Source: Candidatus Woesearchaeota archaeon
GTDB lineage: Archaea > Nanobdellota > Nanobdellia > Pacearchaeales > GW2011-AR1
Reading direction: 5' to 3'
DNA: 23,297 bases
Assembly (NCBI GenBank): GCA_964403535.1
Contig: CAYOFN010000011.1
Span: 1-23,297 of the forward strand
Every line of letters begins with the position of its first letter. The first letter of the stretch is position 1. The translations under genes and the position numbers were made by a program. Shown piece after piece: positions 21,819 to 23,297 of this stretch. The notes under the pieces were generated by a model, which was not told the DNA's origin, did no database searches, and saw only the letters and a list, made by a program, of their open reading frames with translations.

Positions 21819-23297
21819 ATGAAATTAAAAGTAAAAGTTTTAAAACTCCTTGCTGGAAGGCCAGTAGTAGTTTTGCATTTTAACACAGCAGGTAAATTAA
21901 GTGTTCGTGTTGATGATCGAGTCCTTATAGAGAGAAAAACAAAATCAATAGTCTCAGTAGTCGATGTTTCTACAGGATTGCTTAAAGAAAATGAGATTGC
22001 TGTTTCTAATGAAGTTGTAAAAAGGCTTAATCTTAAAGATGGAGATAATGTGGAGGTAAACATTGCTGAACAACCAGAGAGTATAGAGCTTATTCATAAA
22101 AAACTAGAATGCCATCACCTCAACAAAAAAGAAGTACATGAGATCATTCAGGATATTGTAAAGAATGCTCTGACAGAAACAGAAATTGCTTATTTTGTAT
22201 CTGCAGTCTACAAATGCGGCATGTCAATGAATGAAGTGAGATATTTGATAGACTCAATAGTTAGTACTGGAAAAAAATTAAAATTAAAAGGAAAAATAGC
22301 AGATAAGCACTCAATCGGAGGGGTTGCAGGCAATAGAACCAGCCCGATTGTTATCTCAATATGTGCAGCAGCAGGATTGACTCTTCCTAAAACTTCCAGT
22401 AGAGCAATCACCTCTGCAGCAGGCACAGCAGATGTTATAGAAACAATTTCGAGAGTAGACTTTTCAGTTAAAGAAATTTATAAGATATTTAAAAAAACAA
22501 ATGCCTGTCTTGTTTGGGGGGGCTCTCTTGGACTTGCTCCCGCAGATGACCGCTTAATTCAAATTGAAAAACTTCTTCATCTTGACCCAGAACCTCAATT
22601 ACTAGCAAGCATTTTATCAAAAAAAATAGCTGTAGGCAGCAAGTATGTTCTAATTGACATTCCTTATGGAACCTCTGCAAAAGTCAGCAAGAAACAAGCT
22701 CTCGACTTAAAGGAAAAATTCCAAAACCTTGGAAAAGATTTTGATATGGACATAAAATGCGTATTAACTGATGGAACAAATCCAATAGGTAGAGGAATCG
22801 GCCCACTTCTTGAGATAAGAGACATTCTTTCAGTTCTTAAACGAGAGAGAAAACGCCCCATTGATTTAGAAAAAAAATCAATATTCCTTTCAGGACAACT
22901 TTTGGAGATGACAGAAACAGCAAAAAAAGGAGATGGAGAAAAACTTGCTGAAGAACTACTGAATTCAGGAGAGGCACTCAGGAAGTTTGAAGAGATAATC
23001 TCTGCTCAAAAAGGAGAGATAAATCGAGCTAAGACTACGAAACTCTCAAAGTTTAAGAAAGAGATCTTTGCAAAGACTCCTGGGAAAATTAAATCAATCA
23101 ATAATAAAAAAATAAACCTTATTGCGAGATTAGCAGGAAGTCCTGCAGACAAAGGTTCAGGAATATATCTCTATAAAATCAGATCAGACAGAGTTCGAAA
23201 AAATGAGAAGATTCTTACGATTTACTCTGAGTCAAAAATTAGACTAAAAGATGCAGTAGACTGTTATCTCAAATCCAAACCAATAGCCTATCTCTGA
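21819..23297 (+). CDS. deoA: AMP phosphorylase (archaeal thymidine-phosphorylase-family enzyme with an N-terminal extra domain)
   Basis: 492 aa. The N-terminal domain (KVKVLKLLAGRPVVVLHFNTAGKLSV) is typical of AMPpases. The catalytic-core motifs are HSIGGVAGNRTSPIV, LPKTSSRAITSAAGTADVIE, ACLVWGGSLGLAPADD and LLASILSKK. The TGA stop is at 23295-23297. Confidence 0.88.
   Translation: MKLKVKVLKLLAGRPVVVLHFNTAGKLSVRVDDRVLIERKTKSIVSVVDVSTGLLKENEIAVSNEVVKRLNLKDGDNVEVNIAEQPESIELIHKKLECHHLNKKEVHEIIQDIVKNALTETEIAYFVSAVYKCGMSMNEVRYLIDSIVSTGKKLKLKGKIADKHSIGGVAGNRTSPIVISICAAAGLTLPKTSSRAITSAAGTADVIETISRVDFSVKEIYKIFKKTNACLVWGGSLGLAPADDRLIQIEKLLHLDPEPQLLASILSKKIAVGSKYVLIDIPYGTSAKVSKKQALDLKEKFQNLGKDFDMDIKCVLTDGTNPIGRGIGPLLEIRDILSVLKRERKRPIDLEKKSIFLSGQLLEMTETAKKGDGEKLAEELLNSGEALRKFEEIISAQKGEINRAKTTKLSKFKKEIFAKTPGKIKSINNKKINLIARLAGSPADKGSGIYLYKIRSDRVRKNEKILTIYSESKIRLKDAVDCYLKSKPIAYL

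Overview
This is a low-GC (roughly 30%) archaeal chromosome segment. It probably comes from a small-genome, DPANN-like archaeon, which I infer from the gene content, compact genes and AT-richness. The core (7149-19744, minus strand) is the canonical archaeal S10/spc ribosomal-protein superoperon: uL3-uL4-uL23-uL2-uS19-uL22-uS3-uL29-aIF1(SUI1)-uS17-uL14-uL24-eS4-uL5-uS14-uS8-uL6-eL32-eL19-uL18-uS5-uL30-uL15-SecY. Many junctions are stop/start overlaps or 1-nt gaps. A DUF106 (archaeal YidC/Oxa1-like) membrane protein follows SecY. On the low-coordinate flank, the minus strand carries an operon of SpoIIM-like membrane protein, a 48-aa zinc ribbon and the oligosaccharyltransferase AglB. The zinc ribbon and AglB are missing from the supplied ORF track; AglB runs off the window start. 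The same flank also holds a SAM methyltransferase, an eIF-2B-family protein (likely ribose-1,5-bisphosphate isomerase), prefoldin alpha and a HemN/HemW-like radical SAM protein. The high-coordinate flank holds an uncharacterised 233-aa protein directly upstream of uL3, an AI-2E/PerM-family permease and an archaeal AMP phosphorylase. I found no rRNA, tRNA, CRISPR array, transposase, integrase or recognisable defence system, so this is mostly ordinary core genome. Three items remain least explained. The first is the 236-nt leader of the ribosomal operon, which carries a perfect 24-nt duplicated TATA-like element and a hairpin. The second is the orphan 233-aa protein. The third is the SpoIIM-like/Zn-ribbon/AglB operon. 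Several N-termini in the ORF track start at TTG or GTG and look over-extended. I trimmed them to the ATG that abuts the upstream gene's stop codon. All family calls rest on reading motifs by eye; no database search was possible.
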